Of a stretch of 64,000 bases of DNA, positions 36,145 through 47,115 are shown one piece after another. Made by a program: the position numbers and the translations under genes. Positions within the stretch are counted from its first letter, which is position 1. Each line of letters starts with the position of its first letter. Location of the stretch: NCBI GenBank assembly GCA_964503085.1, contig CAZCYQ010000005.1:21576-85575 (forward strand), in the 5' to 3' direction. Origin of the DNA: an uncultured Rhodothermaceae bacterium (GTDB lineage: Bacteria; Bacteroidota; Rhodothermia; Rhodothermales; Bin80). Under the pieces are notes generated by a model. That model saw nothing but the letters and a program-made list of their open reading frames with translations, had not been told where the DNA came from and did not search any database.

Positions 36145-37350
36145 ATGGCGCAGAAACACAATATAACGATGCTTGGGACTGGTCTGATTGGACTGTTCTA
36201 TACCATGACACTACACGGACAAAGAGGACGTGACCGTGTCAGTTGCGTATACTCGCGAGACATTGATCGTGCCCAGGCATTTGCGAGGAAGTGGGGAATT
36301 GAACATGCAGTAACCGACATGGAGGAGGCCATTAAACACACATCCAGTGATGTTGTTATCATTGGATTACCCAATCATTTGCATGAGGAGGCTGTACGAT
36401 ATTGTGCAGAGGCAGGCAAAGCTGTGCTTTGCACCAAACCATTGGCACGCAGTGCTGCAGAAGCAAAGAGGATCCTGGATATTGTCGAGTCAAGCGGTAT
36501 TTTTGCAGGTTACCTGGAAGATCTCGTGTACACCCCCAAGACACTCAAAGCATTGGAATCGGTGCGTCGAGGTGCCTTGGGAGAAATACTCTGGACGCGT
36601 TCGCGCGAGGCACACAGTGGTCCGCACAGCAGTTGGTTTTGGGACATAGAGCAGGCAGGTGGTGGAGCAATTGTAGACTTGGGCTGCCACTGTATTGAGA
36701 TCATCCGCAACTTTGTGGGCAAGGACATTCGACCCGTAGAAGTAAGCTGTTGGGCGGATACGCTGGTGCACCCCATAAAAGCGGAAGACAACAGTATAGC
36801 GCTGATTCGCTTTGAGAATGGCGCTGTGGGTCAGTTTGAAGTCAGCTGGACATTCCGGGGAGGTATGGACTTGCGCGACGAGGTGGCTGGTACCGAGGGT
36901 ACAATTTGGCTAAACCATTTTTTGAGGACAGGTTTTGAGATGTTTTCGAGTGGTGCAGGAGGCTATGTTGCGGAGAAAGCTGAGCAGGAGTCAGGGTGGC
37001 TGTTTCCGGTGGGTGATGAAGTACACGAATTGGGCTACACGGACATGTTCACGGACATGTTTGATGCGATGGATGAAGGTCGTGAACCGATGGAGACGAT
37101 CTATGATGGGTATGTGGTCAATGCGGTGATAGATGCGTGCTACCGCTCTGCTAAGTCCTGCAAATGGGAGTCGGTAGAGTTGGAGGACTGGCGTGGACGC
37201 AATGGAGTTGCACGGATACAGGGTCTAACGGAGACGATTGATGGACTTGAGCTGGTCAAGCGTGAGCGCCTGCCAAATGGCGAAGTCAAGCTCATCCTTA
37301 AGGATCCCGGTACGGGCGAAGTCACGCAACGAGTGGTCGAAAATGATTAA
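36145..37350 (+). CDS. Gfo/Idh/MocA family oxidoreductase
   Basis: The Rossmann N-terminus reads [13 protein letters not shown], and EKP-like and GxxxD motifs are present. The start was set at ATG 36145 (MAQKHN...) rather than the track start at 36094. Confidence 0.75.
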   Translation: MAQKHNITMLGTGLIGLFYTMTLHGQRGRDRVSCVYSRDIDRAQAFARKWGIEHAVTDMEEAIKHTSSDVVIIGLPNHLHEEAVRYCAEAGKAVLCTKPLARSAAEAKRILDIVESSGIFAGYLEDLVYTPKTLKALESVRRGALGEILWTRSREAHSGPHSSWFWDIEQAGGGAIVDLGCHCIEIIRNFVGKDIRPVEVSCWADTLVHPIKAEDNSIALIRFENGAVGQFEVSWTFRGGMDLRDEVAGTEGTIWLNHFLRTGFEMFSSGAGGYVAEKAEQESGWLFPVGDEVHELGYTDMFTDMFDAMDEGREPMETIYDGYVVNAVIDACYRSAKSCKWESVELEDWRGRNGVARIQGLTETIDGLELVKRERLPNGEVKLILKDPGTGEVTQRVVEND

Positions 37351-38194
37351 GCCCTTGCAGAACGGAGCAACGCTGCTTGCAGACATCCGCGGCAGCGCAG
37401 TGCCCCCAGGGCAATGGCGTATGTGGTGGCTTGGTCAAAGTGGATTCTTGATTAAATGGGAGGAGCGGTACTGTCTGTTGGATCCATACCTCTCAGATTC
37501 GCTGACAAACAAGTACGCCAGTACGGACAAGCCACATATACGTATGACCGAGCTCGTGTTGGCTCCAGACAGGCTTGATTGTATAGACGTTGTCAGTTCA
37601 AGCCACAATCATACGGACCATCTGGATGCCGAAACACTCAAGCCGCTGCGGCGCGTGAATCCAGACTTGGCCATGGTTATTCCAGAGGCGAACAGGTCAT
37701 TTGTTGCTGAACGGTTGCAATGTGATTCTGCGTGGCCGATTGGGCTTAGTGATGGGATCCAGTGTGAATTGCGGGGATTTCGATTTGTGGGTATCCCGGC
37801 CGCTCACGAGGCTCTGGAAGTGGATGAATTTGGGCAACATCGGTTTATGGGATACATTATTAAGTTTGGGGACTGGACGTTCTATCACAGTGGAGATACT
37901 TTGCTTTATGAGGGCATGGTTGATCGGCTAAAACCGTGGTGTGTGGACGTTGCATTATTGCCCATCAATGGTCGAGATCCGGTACGCCGTGTTGCCGGCA
38001 ATTTAAATGGCAGGCAAGCGGCCCGATTGGCAAAAGATATCGGAGCCAAGCTCGTAGTGCCCTGTCATTATGATATGTTCACATTCAATACCGCGTCACC
38101 GGAGTCATTTGTCGCTGAATGCAATGAGCTGAACCAGCCGCACTATGTTATGAAGAACGGTGAAGGGCTTGATAGTATATCGCTCACGGTATAG
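37343..38194 (+). CDS. MBL-fold metallo-hydrolase
   Basis: [10 protein letters not shown] is the HxHxDH motif, and downstream His/Asp ligands are present (HSGD, PCHYD). The start at ATG 37343 overlaps the upstream stop by 8 nt. Confidence 0.75.
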   Translation: MIKPLQNGATLLADIRGSAVPPGQWRMWWLGQSGFLIKWEERYCLLDPYLSDSLTNKYASTDKPHIRMTELVLAPDRLDCIDVVSSSHNHTDHLDAETLKPLRRVNPDLAMVIPEANRSFVAERLQCDSAWPIGLSDGIQCELRGFRFVGIPAAHEALEVDEFGQHRFMGYIIKFGDWTFYHSGDTLLYEGMVDRLKPWCVDVALLPINGRDPVRRVAGNLNGRQAARLAKDIGAKLVVPCHYDMFTFNTASPESFVAECNELNQPHYVMKNGEGLDSISLTV

Positions 38195-38657
38195 CGTTAC
38201 GTGTCTTGCATGAATGTATTGGGCGAAATCAATGGAAGGGACATTCTTTGCGGGTAAGGATGGGAACTATACGGTGTCTGCCTGAACCGCATTAGAAGCA
38301 ATTGCGGAGCAACGCAATCTGTAGATAGTGCCCGTCAGAAATCTCTATTTTCGGCACATCACCGACTTTTCTTTGGTTGGGTTGATAACAGTAAGATTCG
38401 ATTACTGCGCATGAGCGAGGGATTCCCCTGGCCACACAGGCAGTTGGGCATACTGTGTAAATGCACGTCGCAGACTCCAGTATCGGAGTGTGTTGATACT
38501 GGTCAGGCGACATTCTGCTACGATTGCGTACGCGGTCTCAACCCGCACATCGATTGATGGTGCAATCATGGGGAAGGTCTAATCCTCCGCACTTCTTCCG
38601 CTCCCCTGTGCGCAGCTAAAGCAAAAAGGATTAATTGCCAAGTAGTTGGACATTTGG

Positions 38658-38846
38658 CTAAACCTTTTCGTTTATTCCAGCTTTTTTGAGTATTTCGTTA
38701 GCCGTATGACGCTTTTTGATTTTTGCTGGGACAGATACATTTATGTTGTCTTTGCCCCAGATTACGTGACTGCCTCGAGGGTTGCGTTTTACGGAGAACC
38801 CATTTCTTTTTAGCAGCTTCAAAATCCTCCGCTCATACCCCGCCAT
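38658..38846 (-). CDS. hicA: type II toxin HicA (YcfA-like mRNA interferase)
   Basis: The 62-aa ORF ...ILKLLKRNGFSVKRNPRGSHVIWGKD... fits the HicA family pattern, including the catalytic GSH. Confidence 0.85.
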   Translation of the reverse strand: MAGYERRILKLLKRNGFSVKRNPRGSHVIWGKDNINVSVPAKIKKRHTANEILKKAGINEKV

Positions 38847-38849
38847 AGC

Positions 38850-39164
38850 TTACGCATACTGTACAGGATGTGAGCGCTCATTGCTGCTCCAAGACATTCT
38901 CGGCAGTGAATTCGAGGAGCTGGATTCTTGCTGGAGAACAGCGTCTGTGGTGCGCTTAAACTCCACATGCAAAGTGGCATTTGCGATTTGTTCATCAGCC
39001 AAGCCATGATTCAACCGCAATAAGTCAGAAGCAACTCGTGGTAGTTCAACCAACAACTTGTCGAATGTGCCGACCTCAATTATCAGTCCCGTAATATCGC
39101 TGTCAGTGACCGCCAGTGTACCGTCTTCGTATGCCAAAACAGTAACAGAAAAAGTTTGTGCCAT
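38850..39164 (-). CDS. DUF1902/HicB-like antitoxin
   Basis: It lies immediately upstream of hicA with a 3-nt gap. MAQTFSVTVLAYEDGTLAVTDSDITGLIIEVGTFDKLLVELPRVASDLLRLN fits the DUF1902 pattern known to pair with HicA/YcfA. The start was set at ATG 39164. Confidence 0.7.
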   Translation of the reverse strand: MAQTFSVTVLAYEDGTLAVTDSDITGLIIEVGTFDKLLVELPRVASDLLRLNHGLADEQIANATLHVEFKRTTDAVLQQESSSSNSLPRMSWSSNERSHPVQYA

Positions 39165-39581
39165 CAGAGGCTCGGGTATGGTGGCTTTGTTGGTTAGGAG
39201 TGTCAATGTACGGATACGACTTAAAAAGGTGTCTTTCCCTGTTCAAAAGTAGGGAAAACAAGGGGGTATTGTGTGTAATTGTTGGACAAAACTATCGAAT
39301 TTTTGTTGCTTTATGCAACAGTCTCTTACTTGTAAGATAGAGGAGTATTGCGGGATTGTGTAAGAATTTCAGATTTGGGGCATTCCTCTGGAGGATCTGT
39401 TATGTCTTCGTAACCATGGCTTCGAAACAGAGTGAGGCAATTGCGAATCCATCTATGTTATCCATTGTTCAACCCATCATGCTCAAGGAGGGACCGACCG
39501 AATATGGTTGTATACTAAGAATACAAGTGTCGGCATTCCCGTCTTAGGCGGGGATCAATCGCTACTGTATTGCTATATTCA

Positions 39582-40886
39582 ATGCAGGTTCTTGCGCAGA
39601 TGACACCGAATCTTTTGATCCAAGGCGGAACGCTACTGCATCCTCTGACCGGGGATGCTCATCATGCAGATATGCGTATTCGCGATGGCGTGATCACAGA
39701 AATCGGGCGTGACCTGGTGAGTTCCGGGGAACATGTACTTAATGTACAAGGGCGCATGGTGTCACCGGGATGGATAGACATGCATGTCCACTTGCGTGAG
39801 CCGGGCGAGGAACACAAGGAGACCGTCGAAACAGGTTGCCGCGCTGCTGCCTTTGGCGGCTTTACTGCAGTTGCCTGTATGCCCAACACCACGCCTCCCA
39901 TAGACACGAGAGAATCAGTTCACTCGCTTATAAAGCGAGCGGAAGCATTACCGGTGGATGTGCACCCCATTGCCTGTGTGTCACGCGGGCGTGCGGGCAA
40001 AGAGCTCTCGGAAATGGCTGAGCTAGCAGCTGCAGGGGCGGTTGCCTTTAGCGATGATGGATCACCGGTGCAGGATGGAAGCTTAATGCGCCGAGCACTT
40101 GAGTATGCCCGGGCACTGGACAAGCCCATCATTAATCACATGGAGGCCATGGAGCTTGGCCCCAAAGGTCATATCAATGAGGGGCAGGTATCCACCAGGC
40201 TTGGCTTGACTCCTATACCAACGTTTTCGGAGGAGTCAATGCTTGCACGTGATCTCATGTTGGCTGAGTTGACAGGAGGACATTTACACGTTGCCCACGT
40301 ATCAACGGCACGCTCAACGGACATGATTCGGGAGGCCAAGTCCCGCGGTATAAGGGTCACAGCAGAAGCATGTACGCACCATTTTTCGTTGACCGACGAG
40401 ATCGTTGAGCATTCCGGTTTTGATGCACAAACCAAGATGCATCCGCCCCTGCGCACGGCTGCAGATGTGGAGGCTATTCGTGCGGGGTTCGTTGATGGAA
40501 CGCTGGATGCAATATGCACAGATCACGCTCCGCACGCGCCTTTCGAGAAAGAGGTTGATTTTGTAGCTGCCCCATTTGGTATTATTGGCCTGGAAACTGC
40601 ATGGGGACTGACTGGTCGGTACCTAATCAACCCGCAATATCTGAGCATCGCCCGTGCAGTATATAGTCTCTGTGTGGCTCCTCGTGTGATTTTGGGACTT
40701 GATGTGCCTGCGCTTGAGCCCGGAGCCACCGCGAACCTGACGATCTTTGACGCGACGACAAACTGGACATTCGAGGCCCGGCATATCCATTCCAAGAGCC
40801 GGAATACTCCGTTTGTAGGCACGGACATGATTGGGCGCGCGTGGGCGATCTACAATAAAGGACAACTCGTCGAGCACGAACCGTGA
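39582..40886 (+). CDS. pyrC: dihydroorotase
   Basis: DMHVHLREPG, the conserved lysine region, and CTDHAPH are class I dihydroorotase motifs. The start is ambiguous among TTG 39570, ATG 39582 and ATG 39600. Confidence 0.85.
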   Translation: MQVLAQMTPNLLIQGGTLLHPLTGDAHHADMRIRDGVITEIGRDLVSSGEHVLNVQGRMVSPGWIDMHVHLREPGEEHKETVETGCRAAAFGGFTAVACMPNTTPPIDTRESVHSLIKRAEALPVDVHPIACVSRGRAGKELSEMAELAAAGAVAFSDDGSPVQDGSLMRRALEYARALDKPIINHMEAMELGPKGHINEGQVSTRLGLTPIPTFSEESMLARDLMLAELTGGHLHVAHVSTARSTDMIREAKSRGIRVTAEACTHHFSLTDEIVEHSGFDAQTKMHPPLRTAADVEAIRAGFVDGTLDAICTDHAPHAPFEKEVDFVAAPFGIIGLETAWGLTGRYLINPQYLSIARAVYSLCVAPRVILGLDVPALEPGATANLTIFDATTNWTFEARHIHSKSRNTPFVGTDMIGRAWAIYNKGQLVEHEP

Positions 40887-41974
40887 AAATAAATTCAGTC
40901 CCTGCCGACCTGCATGTAGTTCTAATCTATGGCGGACAGTCAGCCGAGCATGAAGTGTCTCTTGTTTCGGCGCGCAATATTCTCGATGCACTTGACCTGA
41001 CCCGATATAAGGTCACGTTGGTTCGAATTGATCACGATGGCACATGGTGCCAGATAGCAACGGTCAATGACGTCAATCGGCAACAAATAAACCTGAACGC
41101 CCGCGGCGAGCCGGTTTTGCTGGGGCCTGGCAGGAAGCTTATTCCAGTTAAAACGCCGGATAGGGCAGTGACCGTGGATGTGGTATTTCCAGTGTTACAT
41201 GGTACCAACGGGGAGGATGGTACAATTCAGGGATTACTCCAGATGTATGGTATTCCCTGTGTCGGGGCAGGCGTTTTGGGGTCAGCAATATGTATGGATA
41301 AGGAGGTCTCAAAACGCCTTTTGCAGCAGGACGGTATTCCAGTGCCTAGTTATAGGGTTCTATACCGAGATACGATGGATTTTCCCAGCTATGACTCTAT
41401 AGCAGAGGTGCTTGGCGAGACATTCTTCGTGAAACCGGCCAACACTGGATCATCGGTCGGTATTTCCCGCGTAACATCAGCTGCTACGTGCGAAGCAGCC
41501 ATAAAAAAGGCTTTTCAATTTGACGACAAAGTGTTAGTGGAACAGGCCATTAATGGGCGTGAGATCGAATGTGCTGTATTGGGGTACGCTCCTATGGAGG
41601 TTTCCATATGTGGGGAAATAACCACAACACATTCATTCTATTCGTATGAAGCCAAGTATGAGGATGAGGAAGCAACAAGCTTAATCATTCCGGCACAAAT
41701 GCCAGACGATGTTCTGGAATCTATTCAGAACATGGCTGGCAGAGTTTGCAGAGTTCTCGAGTGCGGCGGTATGGCCCGTGTGGATTTCTTCCTTGAAGAA
41801 CCAGGCCGACTGTTGGTCAATGAGGTTAATACTATTCCAGGCTTTACCACGGTAAGCATGTATCCATTGCTCTGGGAGCATTCGGGGAAGTCACGTTCGG
41901 AAGTGGTCAATATCCTGATTCGAGACGCACTTGATGCTCATTTGCAGCGTCAGGAACTGATACGCAGGCGTTAA
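40883..41974 (+). CDS. ddl: D-alanine--D-alanine ligase
   Basis: VIYGGQSAEHEVSL..., VLHGTNGEDGTIQGLL and EVNTIPGFT are Ddl motifs. The GTG start overlaps the pyrC stop (GTGA). Confidence 0.9.
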   Translation: MKINSVPADLHVVLIYGGQSAEHEVSLVSARNILDALDLTRYKVTLVRIDHDGTWCQIATVNDVNRQQINLNARGEPVLLGPGRKLIPVKTPDRAVTVDVVFPVLHGTNGEDGTIQGLLQMYGIPCVGAGVLGSAICMDKEVSKRLLQQDGIPVPSYRVLYRDTMDFPSYDSIAEVLGETFFVKPANTGSSVGISRVTSAATCEAAIKKAFQFDDKVLVEQAINGREIECAVLGYAPMEVSICGEITTTHSFYSYEAKYEDEEATSLIIPAQMPDDVLESIQNMAGRVCRVLECGGMARVDFFLEEPGRLLVNEVNTIPGFTTVSMYPLLWEHSGKSRSEVVNILIRDALDAHLQRQELIRRR

Positions 41975-43275
41975 TGCCTTTTTCAACGGATACACGGACG
42001 TTGCAACCTGGGGATACGTATGTGGCGATTCGGGGCGAACGCCATGACGGGCATGACTTTGTGCAGCAGGCTTTTGATAGAGGGGCATCGAATGCGGTGA
42101 CGGAACGGAAAATCACAGGAGTTGGTGCAGGCAGGGTAACGATCGTTCCTGATACGATAGTTCACCTTGCAGAATTGGCCCATGAGAGGGTAGCACGCGC
42201 ACGTGCGACCGTAGTAGCCATAACTGGCTCGGTAGGAAAAACAACCACGCGCAATGCGGTTACGCAGGTCCTGGAGAGTGCAGGGCCGGTGGTTGCGTCA
42301 GTTGGTAACCTGAACACACTCCTAGGCTTATCGCTGACCCTGGTGAACTGTGATCTCAAGCCAAATTCGTGCCTGGTACTTGAAATGGGTGCCACTAGGA
42401 AGGGCGACCTTTCGGAGATCACCACCTATTTCAAGCCGGATATTTCCATTGTGACGAATGTTAGGGGGGTACACCTGGAATCCTTTGGCTCGCTTGATGG
42501 CGTTCAGGAAGCGAAGAGTGAGCTTGTACGGGCGCTTGGACCTGACGGTATCGCTTGTTTGAACGCGGATGATCCTCGTACCCGCGCCATGGTCGCTGAT
42601 TGCAGAGCGGAGCACATGCTTTTTGGAGTTGCTTCGGATGCCCAGATTACGCCTTTGGATATCACCGCGAACCTTCCCCTGTTAGGTGAACATGTAATCT
42701 ACGTGGCGTTGGCAGCTTTTGCGGCTGGGAGGGCGATGGGTATGGATCCTAAAGTGATCAATGACGCTTTATGTAGGCTCAAACCCGAAAAAGGACGACT
42801 CAATCGACTTCCCGGAAAGAGCCATTCCACTCTCATTGACGATACCTACAACGCCAGCCCAGATGCAGTGAAGGTTGCTTTGAATGTATTGGAGAAGCAT
42901 CCAGCCGCACGCCGTATTGTGTTTATTGGGGATATGCTCGAGCTGGGGTCCGAAGAACGCACGGCGCATGTGTCTGCGTTGCACGAGGCTGCTAAAATAG
43001 CGGATCTAGTGTTTGGATGTGGCCCCAGAATGCAACAGGCTGTAAACGAGCTGCCTCCGGAAATGGCCCGGTATGTGCATGGTTTTCCGAGTTCTGAAGA
43101 GGTAGCCTCAGAGCTTACTCGTGGGAGGAAATATCGCCCAAAACGGGGAGACGTGATCTTGGTGAAGGGTTCGCAAGGGGCACGTATGGAGCGCGTTAGC
43201 CGTGCGTTGCTTGCAGAGCATGTCTCTCCCGAATCCGTATTGCCTCGTCAAACCGAAGCATGGCTGTCCATCTAA
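41974..43275 (+). CDS. murF: UDP-N-acetylmuramoyl-tripeptide--D-alanyl-D-alanine ligase
   Basis: DTRTLQPGDTYVAIRGERHDGHDF, ITGSVGKTTT and DTYNASP are Mur ligase/MurF motifs. The start overlaps the ddl stop (TAATG). Confidence 0.9.
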   Translation: MPFSTDTRTLQPGDTYVAIRGERHDGHDFVQQAFDRGASNAVTERKITGVGAGRVTIVPDTIVHLAELAHERVARARATVVAITGSVGKTTTRNAVTQVLESAGPVVASVGNLNTLLGLSLTLVNCDLKPNSCLVLEMGATRKGDLSEITTYFKPDISIVTNVRGVHLESFGSLDGVQEAKSELVRALGPDGIACLNADDPRTRAMVADCRAEHMLFGVASDAQITPLDITANLPLLGEHVIYVALAAFAAGRAMGMDPKVINDALCRLKPEKGRLNRLPGKSHSTLIDDTYNASPDAVKVALNVLEKHPAARRIVFIGDMLELGSEERTAHVSALHEAAKIADLVFGCGPRMQQAVNELPPEMARYVHGFPSSEEVASELTRGRKYRPKRGDVILVKGSQGARMERVSRALLAEHVSPESVLPRQTEAWLSI

Positions 43276-43489
43276 TCGAACAAGCACACCTGATCTCCGT
43301 TTAAGCTACGCATAACGGAATGTGTCCGTGTAGGGGGTTCATTCGGCGCCGAAACTAGTCGTTTCCAGTGTTCAGATAGATTCAGGAGTTCGGTGGTTAC
43401 CACGCTGTGCAAATCGAATCCCGCCTGCGGTAGTACCGGAAACGGAGTTTTTTGGATCTTCTGATTGTCCTAATGCCCTCAGCTTTGGC

Positions 43490-44545
43490 ATGTTAAAAAA
43501 CATTCTCGGTGTACTGCTTGATCATCAGCGTTTCGTGATCACCACCCACCAGCGCCCTGACGGAGATGCCATTGGTTCGCAGATAGCACTCGGAAGATTC
43601 CTGGAGAAATTGGGCAAGGAGGTGGTTATGTTCAATTCCGATCCAGTTCCGCCCAGATTGGACTGGATGCCCGGTTCGGGGGCAATACGAACGGGTAATA
43701 CCCAGGCCAACCGAAATGCGATGGTTGGCGCGGATGTAGTTGTGGTTGTGGATACTAACAGCCGTGATCGATTGGGCCGGACTGTTCGGGAGGCCCTCTA
43801 CCGCTATAATGGGCCCATATTGTTGATTGATCATCATACAGGCCCGGAATCCTGGTTTACATGGATGTTGCGTGACGAACATGCGGCGGCAACGGGTGCA
43901 CTTATTTATGATCTGATTTGCACGTACGATGCAGATTTGATTGATGTACAGATCGCGACCGCCCTGTACACGGCAATTATGACAGATACGGGGTCCTTTC
44001 GATTCGCTGCGGTGACTTCTGCAGTTCACCGCATGGCTGCCGATCTACTTGATCGCGGAAGCTACTCTCCCTCGGAGGTATACGCTGGTGTTTATGAAAA
44101 TCACTCGCCCTCCTGGCCTCCCTTTCTGGCGATGGTACTTCGGAGTCTGACCTTGTTGCATGATGGCGTGCTGGCCTATATCACAGTCACACCACATATG
44201 CTCAAATCCGCAGGCATAGATTACAGTGAAGTAGAGGGTCTATCCGAATTTGCAATGTCTGTCGCGGGTGTAAAGGCGACCCTAGTCTTCACAGAAACGA
44301 AGCACGGGACCAAGGTCAGTTTTCGCTCTAAAGGTGATCTGTGTGTCGATGTCTGGGCGCAGGCCTATGGAGGTGGGGGACATCAGAATGCATCTGGAGC
44401 ATTTCTCAAGGATCAATCAATCAGGACAGCCGTGACGAATGTTCTGGAATCTGCTCCACGTTTTCTGGGGATTGAAGACATCAACGATATGGTTTTAGCC
44501 GAAGAAGACCAAGCCTATTTTAAAGCATTGTCCAGTCCGAACTAA
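43490..44545 (+). CDS. nrnA: DHH family phosphoesterase (NrnA-like oligoribonuclease/pAp phosphatase)
   Basis: DHH motifs are present: HQRPDGDAIGS, VVVDT, IDHH and DTGSF. The DHHA1 motif GGGHQNASG is also present. Confidence 0.8.
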   Translation: MLKNILGVLLDHQRFVITTHQRPDGDAIGSQIALGRFLEKLGKEVVMFNSDPVPPRLDWMPGSGAIRTGNTQANRNAMVGADVVVVVDTNSRDRLGRTVREALYRYNGPILLIDHHTGPESWFTWMLRDEHAAATGALIYDLICTYDADLIDVQIATALYTAIMTDTGSFRFAAVTSAVHRMAADLLDRGSYSPSEVYAGVYENHSPSWPPFLAMVLRSLTLLHDGVLAYITVTPHMLKSAGIDYSEVEGLSEFAMSVAGVKATLVFTETKHGTKVSFRSKGDLCVDVWAQAYGGGGHQNASGAFLKDQSIRTAVTNVLESAPRFLGIEDINDMVLAEEDQAYFKALSSPN

Positions 44546-46044
44546 TGAAAGTTTCCGTTACTACACTCAGCCTGCAGGATTTGGATGTTGATCTGCTCAT
44601 CCTTCCGATTGGGTATATGATGGCGAAGGCGCGTGCTCTCCAGATCGGTGGGCCGATAGGAGCTGCGCTTTCGAGCGCACTCATAGACTTTGAGGGCAAA
44701 CCAGGAGAGACAATATTGTGTTATCCCACCGAAGGACGAGCCCGCAGGGTTGCGATGATTGGCCTAGGAGATCCCTACGACATTGACCGTGAGGGACTAC
44801 GTAAAGCTGCCGCAGACGGAAATCGCGTGGCTATGCAGACCAAGGCTTCCACAGTTGCATTATGTCTACCTGAATCAGGTATTGATGCAGAAGCTGCGGG
44901 ACAGTCATTGGTGGAAGGCTATGTGTTGGCTGCCTATGAGTATGACCGATACAAGACTGATTCCGGCGAACCAAGATCCGGCACAGAGCGGTTGGTACTG
45001 CATGCGTCAGGTGATGAAAAATCTGCCCGACGTGGTGCAGAGCGGGGACGGGTTGAGGCAGAATCTACCATCACCGCACGCGATTTGGTCAACCTGTCTC
45101 CGCATGAAAAGACCCCCACACTTCTTGGCAAGATCGTCGAACGATCCGGCCGTAAGTACGGCTACGAAGTGTCGGTCTGGGATAAGTCAGATATTGAAAA
45201 AGAGAAGATGGGAGGACTTCTGGGTGTCAACCGTGGTAGTGTTGAGCCGCCGGTCCTCATTGAAATGACCTGGAATCCCAGCAAAGCAAGTAACTCTCGA
45301 CCAGTTGTTCTGGTGGGCAAGGGGATCGTATTTGATACAGGAGGCTTGTCGCTCAAGCCGACAAAAAATTCCATGGATCACATGAAGGCCGATATGGCAG
45401 GTGGAGCTGCTGTGATCGGCGCTATGGAGGCAATAGCTAGGTTGGATGTTCCGCTTTATGTGATCGGCTTAGTCCCGGCAACAGATAACCGCCCGGGGCA
45501 GGATGCCTATGTCCCCGGAGATGTGCTGCGAATGCACTCGGGAATGACGGTCGAGGTGCTGAATACGGACGCAGAAGGGCGTCTGATTCTCGCAGATGCT
45601 CTGTCATACGCGAAACTCTACCGCCCGGAAATCGTGATTGATCTAGCCACACTTACAGGTGCACAGGTTGTAGCGCTGGGAAGTCAGGTCGCGGCTGTTA
45701 TGACACAGCAGGATGAAGACGCGAATGAACGTCTGGACGCTATGATGACAGTAGGTAGTCGAACGGGGGATCTGCTCCATCCGATGCCCATGCATTCCCA
45801 TTACGCCGATGCACTCAAAAGTGAGGTTGCCGACATAAAAAATATCGGCGATCGTGAAGCAGGATCCATTACAGCGGCGAAGTTTCTTGAGCACTTTGTG
45901 GACTACCCTTGGGTTCACGTTGATATGGCAGGACCAGCATTCCTCAAGAAAGCGCTTCCCTACAAGCCGGCTGGAGGAACAGGTTTTGGTGTGCGGCTTT
46001 TGACTGAATTTGTTCGCGATTACGCCTACCCTAAGAAGCGTTAG
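44545..46044 (+). CDS. pepA: leucyl aminopeptidase (M17)
   Basis: VGKGIVFDTGGLSLKP, MKADMAGGAAV and NTDAEGRLILADAL are M17 catalytic motifs. The start overlaps the upstream stop (TAATG). Confidence 0.9.
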   Translation: MKVSVTTLSLQDLDVDLLILPIGYMMAKARALQIGGPIGAALSSALIDFEGKPGETILCYPTEGRARRVAMIGLGDPYDIDREGLRKAAADGNRVAMQTKASTVALCLPESGIDAEAAGQSLVEGYVLAAYEYDRYKTDSGEPRSGTERLVLHASGDEKSARRGAERGRVEAESTITARDLVNLSPHEKTPTLLGKIVERSGRKYGYEVSVWDKSDIEKEKMGGLLGVNRGSVEPPVLIEMTWNPSKASNSRPVVLVGKGIVFDTGGLSLKPTKNSMDHMKADMAGGAAVIGAMEAIARLDVPLYVIGLVPATDNRPGQDAYVPGDVLRMHSGMTVEVLNTDAEGRLILADALSYAKLYRPEIVIDLATLTGAQVVALGSQVAAVMTQQDEDANERLDAMMTVGSRTGDLLHPMPMHSHYADALKSEVADIKNIGDREAGSITAAKFLEHFVDYPWVHVDMAGPAFLKKALPYKPAGGTGFGVRLLTEFVRDYAYPKKR

Positions 46045-46048
46045 TCCC

Positions 46049-47065
46049 GTGGCAACGGAATCAAAGGAACGTGTACCCGTAGCTATCACCCTTGGGGACC
46101 CCAACGGCATTGGCCCGGAGGTGATACTCAAGTGTCTGGAAGATCCCCTGGTTCAGAGCAGGACAGAGCCGATCGTTGTTGGATCACCGGAGGTGCTTCG
46201 TATTCATGCGAAGAAGCTGGGCAGGCGACTACCCCCCTTGGTTGAAAACCTAGAAGGACCAACGCCGAAGCGGGCCATTCGGATAGCTGACACAAGCCAA
46301 GAAGCCCAGACTGTCGTGGAAATAGGTAAGTTGACGCCTCGGGGAGGTAACATGGCGATGTTTGCGGTAGATGAAGGCCTCCGGCTCGTTCACGAGGGTA
46401 CAGCAAGTGCGTTGGTGACTGGACCAATTTCTAAATTAGCGATCGTTCGTGCGGGGTATAACTTTCCAGGTCATACAGAATATTTGGCCAAAAAGCTGAA
46501 GGCGAAGGAGCATGTCATGATGATGGTCGCAAAAAGTCTCCGCATCAGCTTAGCCACCGGGCATATCCCTCTCAAGCAGGTATCGGAACGAGTGACTGTG
46601 AATGGCTTGATAGCAAAACTCAAACGTGTGAAGGCATCGCTGGTACAGGATTTTGGGATCATACATCCTAAAATTGCCATTCTCGGCCTCAATCCACATG
46701 CCGGTGAAGATGGTGTGCTTGGCAAAGAAGAAACAGAAGTCATCATTGAGGCTATCAAGGGGGCCGGCAGGCGCAGTATTGTAGCGCTCGGACCATTCCC
46801 CGCGGATGGGTTTTTTGGTAGCAGGCAGTATTGTGGCTATGATGGTATTATGGCTATGTACCATGATCAGGGACTCATCCCGTTTAAAACGCTTTCGTTC
46901 GGAAGTGGTGTAAACTTTACAGCAGGGTTGCCTATTGTGCGCACTTCGCCCGATCATGGGACTGCGTTCGGGATAGCAGGTCAGGACCAGGCAGATGCGG
47001 GCAGTATGATTCAGGCCGTTCTCCTGGCCGCTTCAGTTGTCAAGCAGCGCGAACAACAGAGTTAA
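46049..47065 (+). CDS. pdxA: 4-hydroxythreonine-4-phosphate dehydrogenase
   Basis: TLGDPNGIGPEV, GHTEYLA, MYHDQGLIP and RTSPDHGTAF are PdxA motifs. GTG 46049 is preferred as the start because it follows the pepA stop directly. The track's ATG 46010 would overlap pepA by 35 nt. Confidence 0.85.
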   Translation: MATESKERVPVAITLGDPNGIGPEVILKCLEDPLVQSRTEPIVVGSPEVLRIHAKKLGRRLPPLVENLEGPTPKRAIRIADTSQEAQTVVEIGKLTPRGGNMAMFAVDEGLRLVHEGTASALVTGPISKLAIVRAGYNFPGHTEYLAKKLKAKEHVMMMVAKSLRISLATGHIPLKQVSERVTVNGLIAKLKRVKASLVQDFGIIHPKIAILGLNPHAGEDGVLGKEETEVIIEAIKGAGRRSIVALGPFPADGFFGSRQYCGYDGIMAMYHDQGLIPFKTLSFGSGVNFTAGLPIVRTSPDHGTAFGIAGQDQADAGSMIQAVLLAASVVKQREQQS

Positions 47066-47115
47066 AGTAAGTAGTGTGTATATTCAAAACCTAATGATCT
47101 AAAAGCCTTGACGAC

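Noticed and set aside
43276-43489. A possible structured RNA or terminator in the murF/nrnA spacer. It contains the palindrome TTCGGCGCCGAA, a small hairpin TCCGTT...AACGGA, and long-range CTCCGTTT/AAACGGAG complementarity followed by T6.
   Set aside because: The stems are short or have no loop, and no recognisable RNA family pattern is present. It could simply be a weak terminator plus promoter region.
46010-46048. The ATG 46010 start for pdxA, which overlaps pepA by 35 nt.
   Set aside because: The in-frame GTG at 46049 immediately follows the pepA stop. The conserved PdxA sequence (VAITLGDPNGIGPE) begins just after it. The upstream 13 codons look unconserved.
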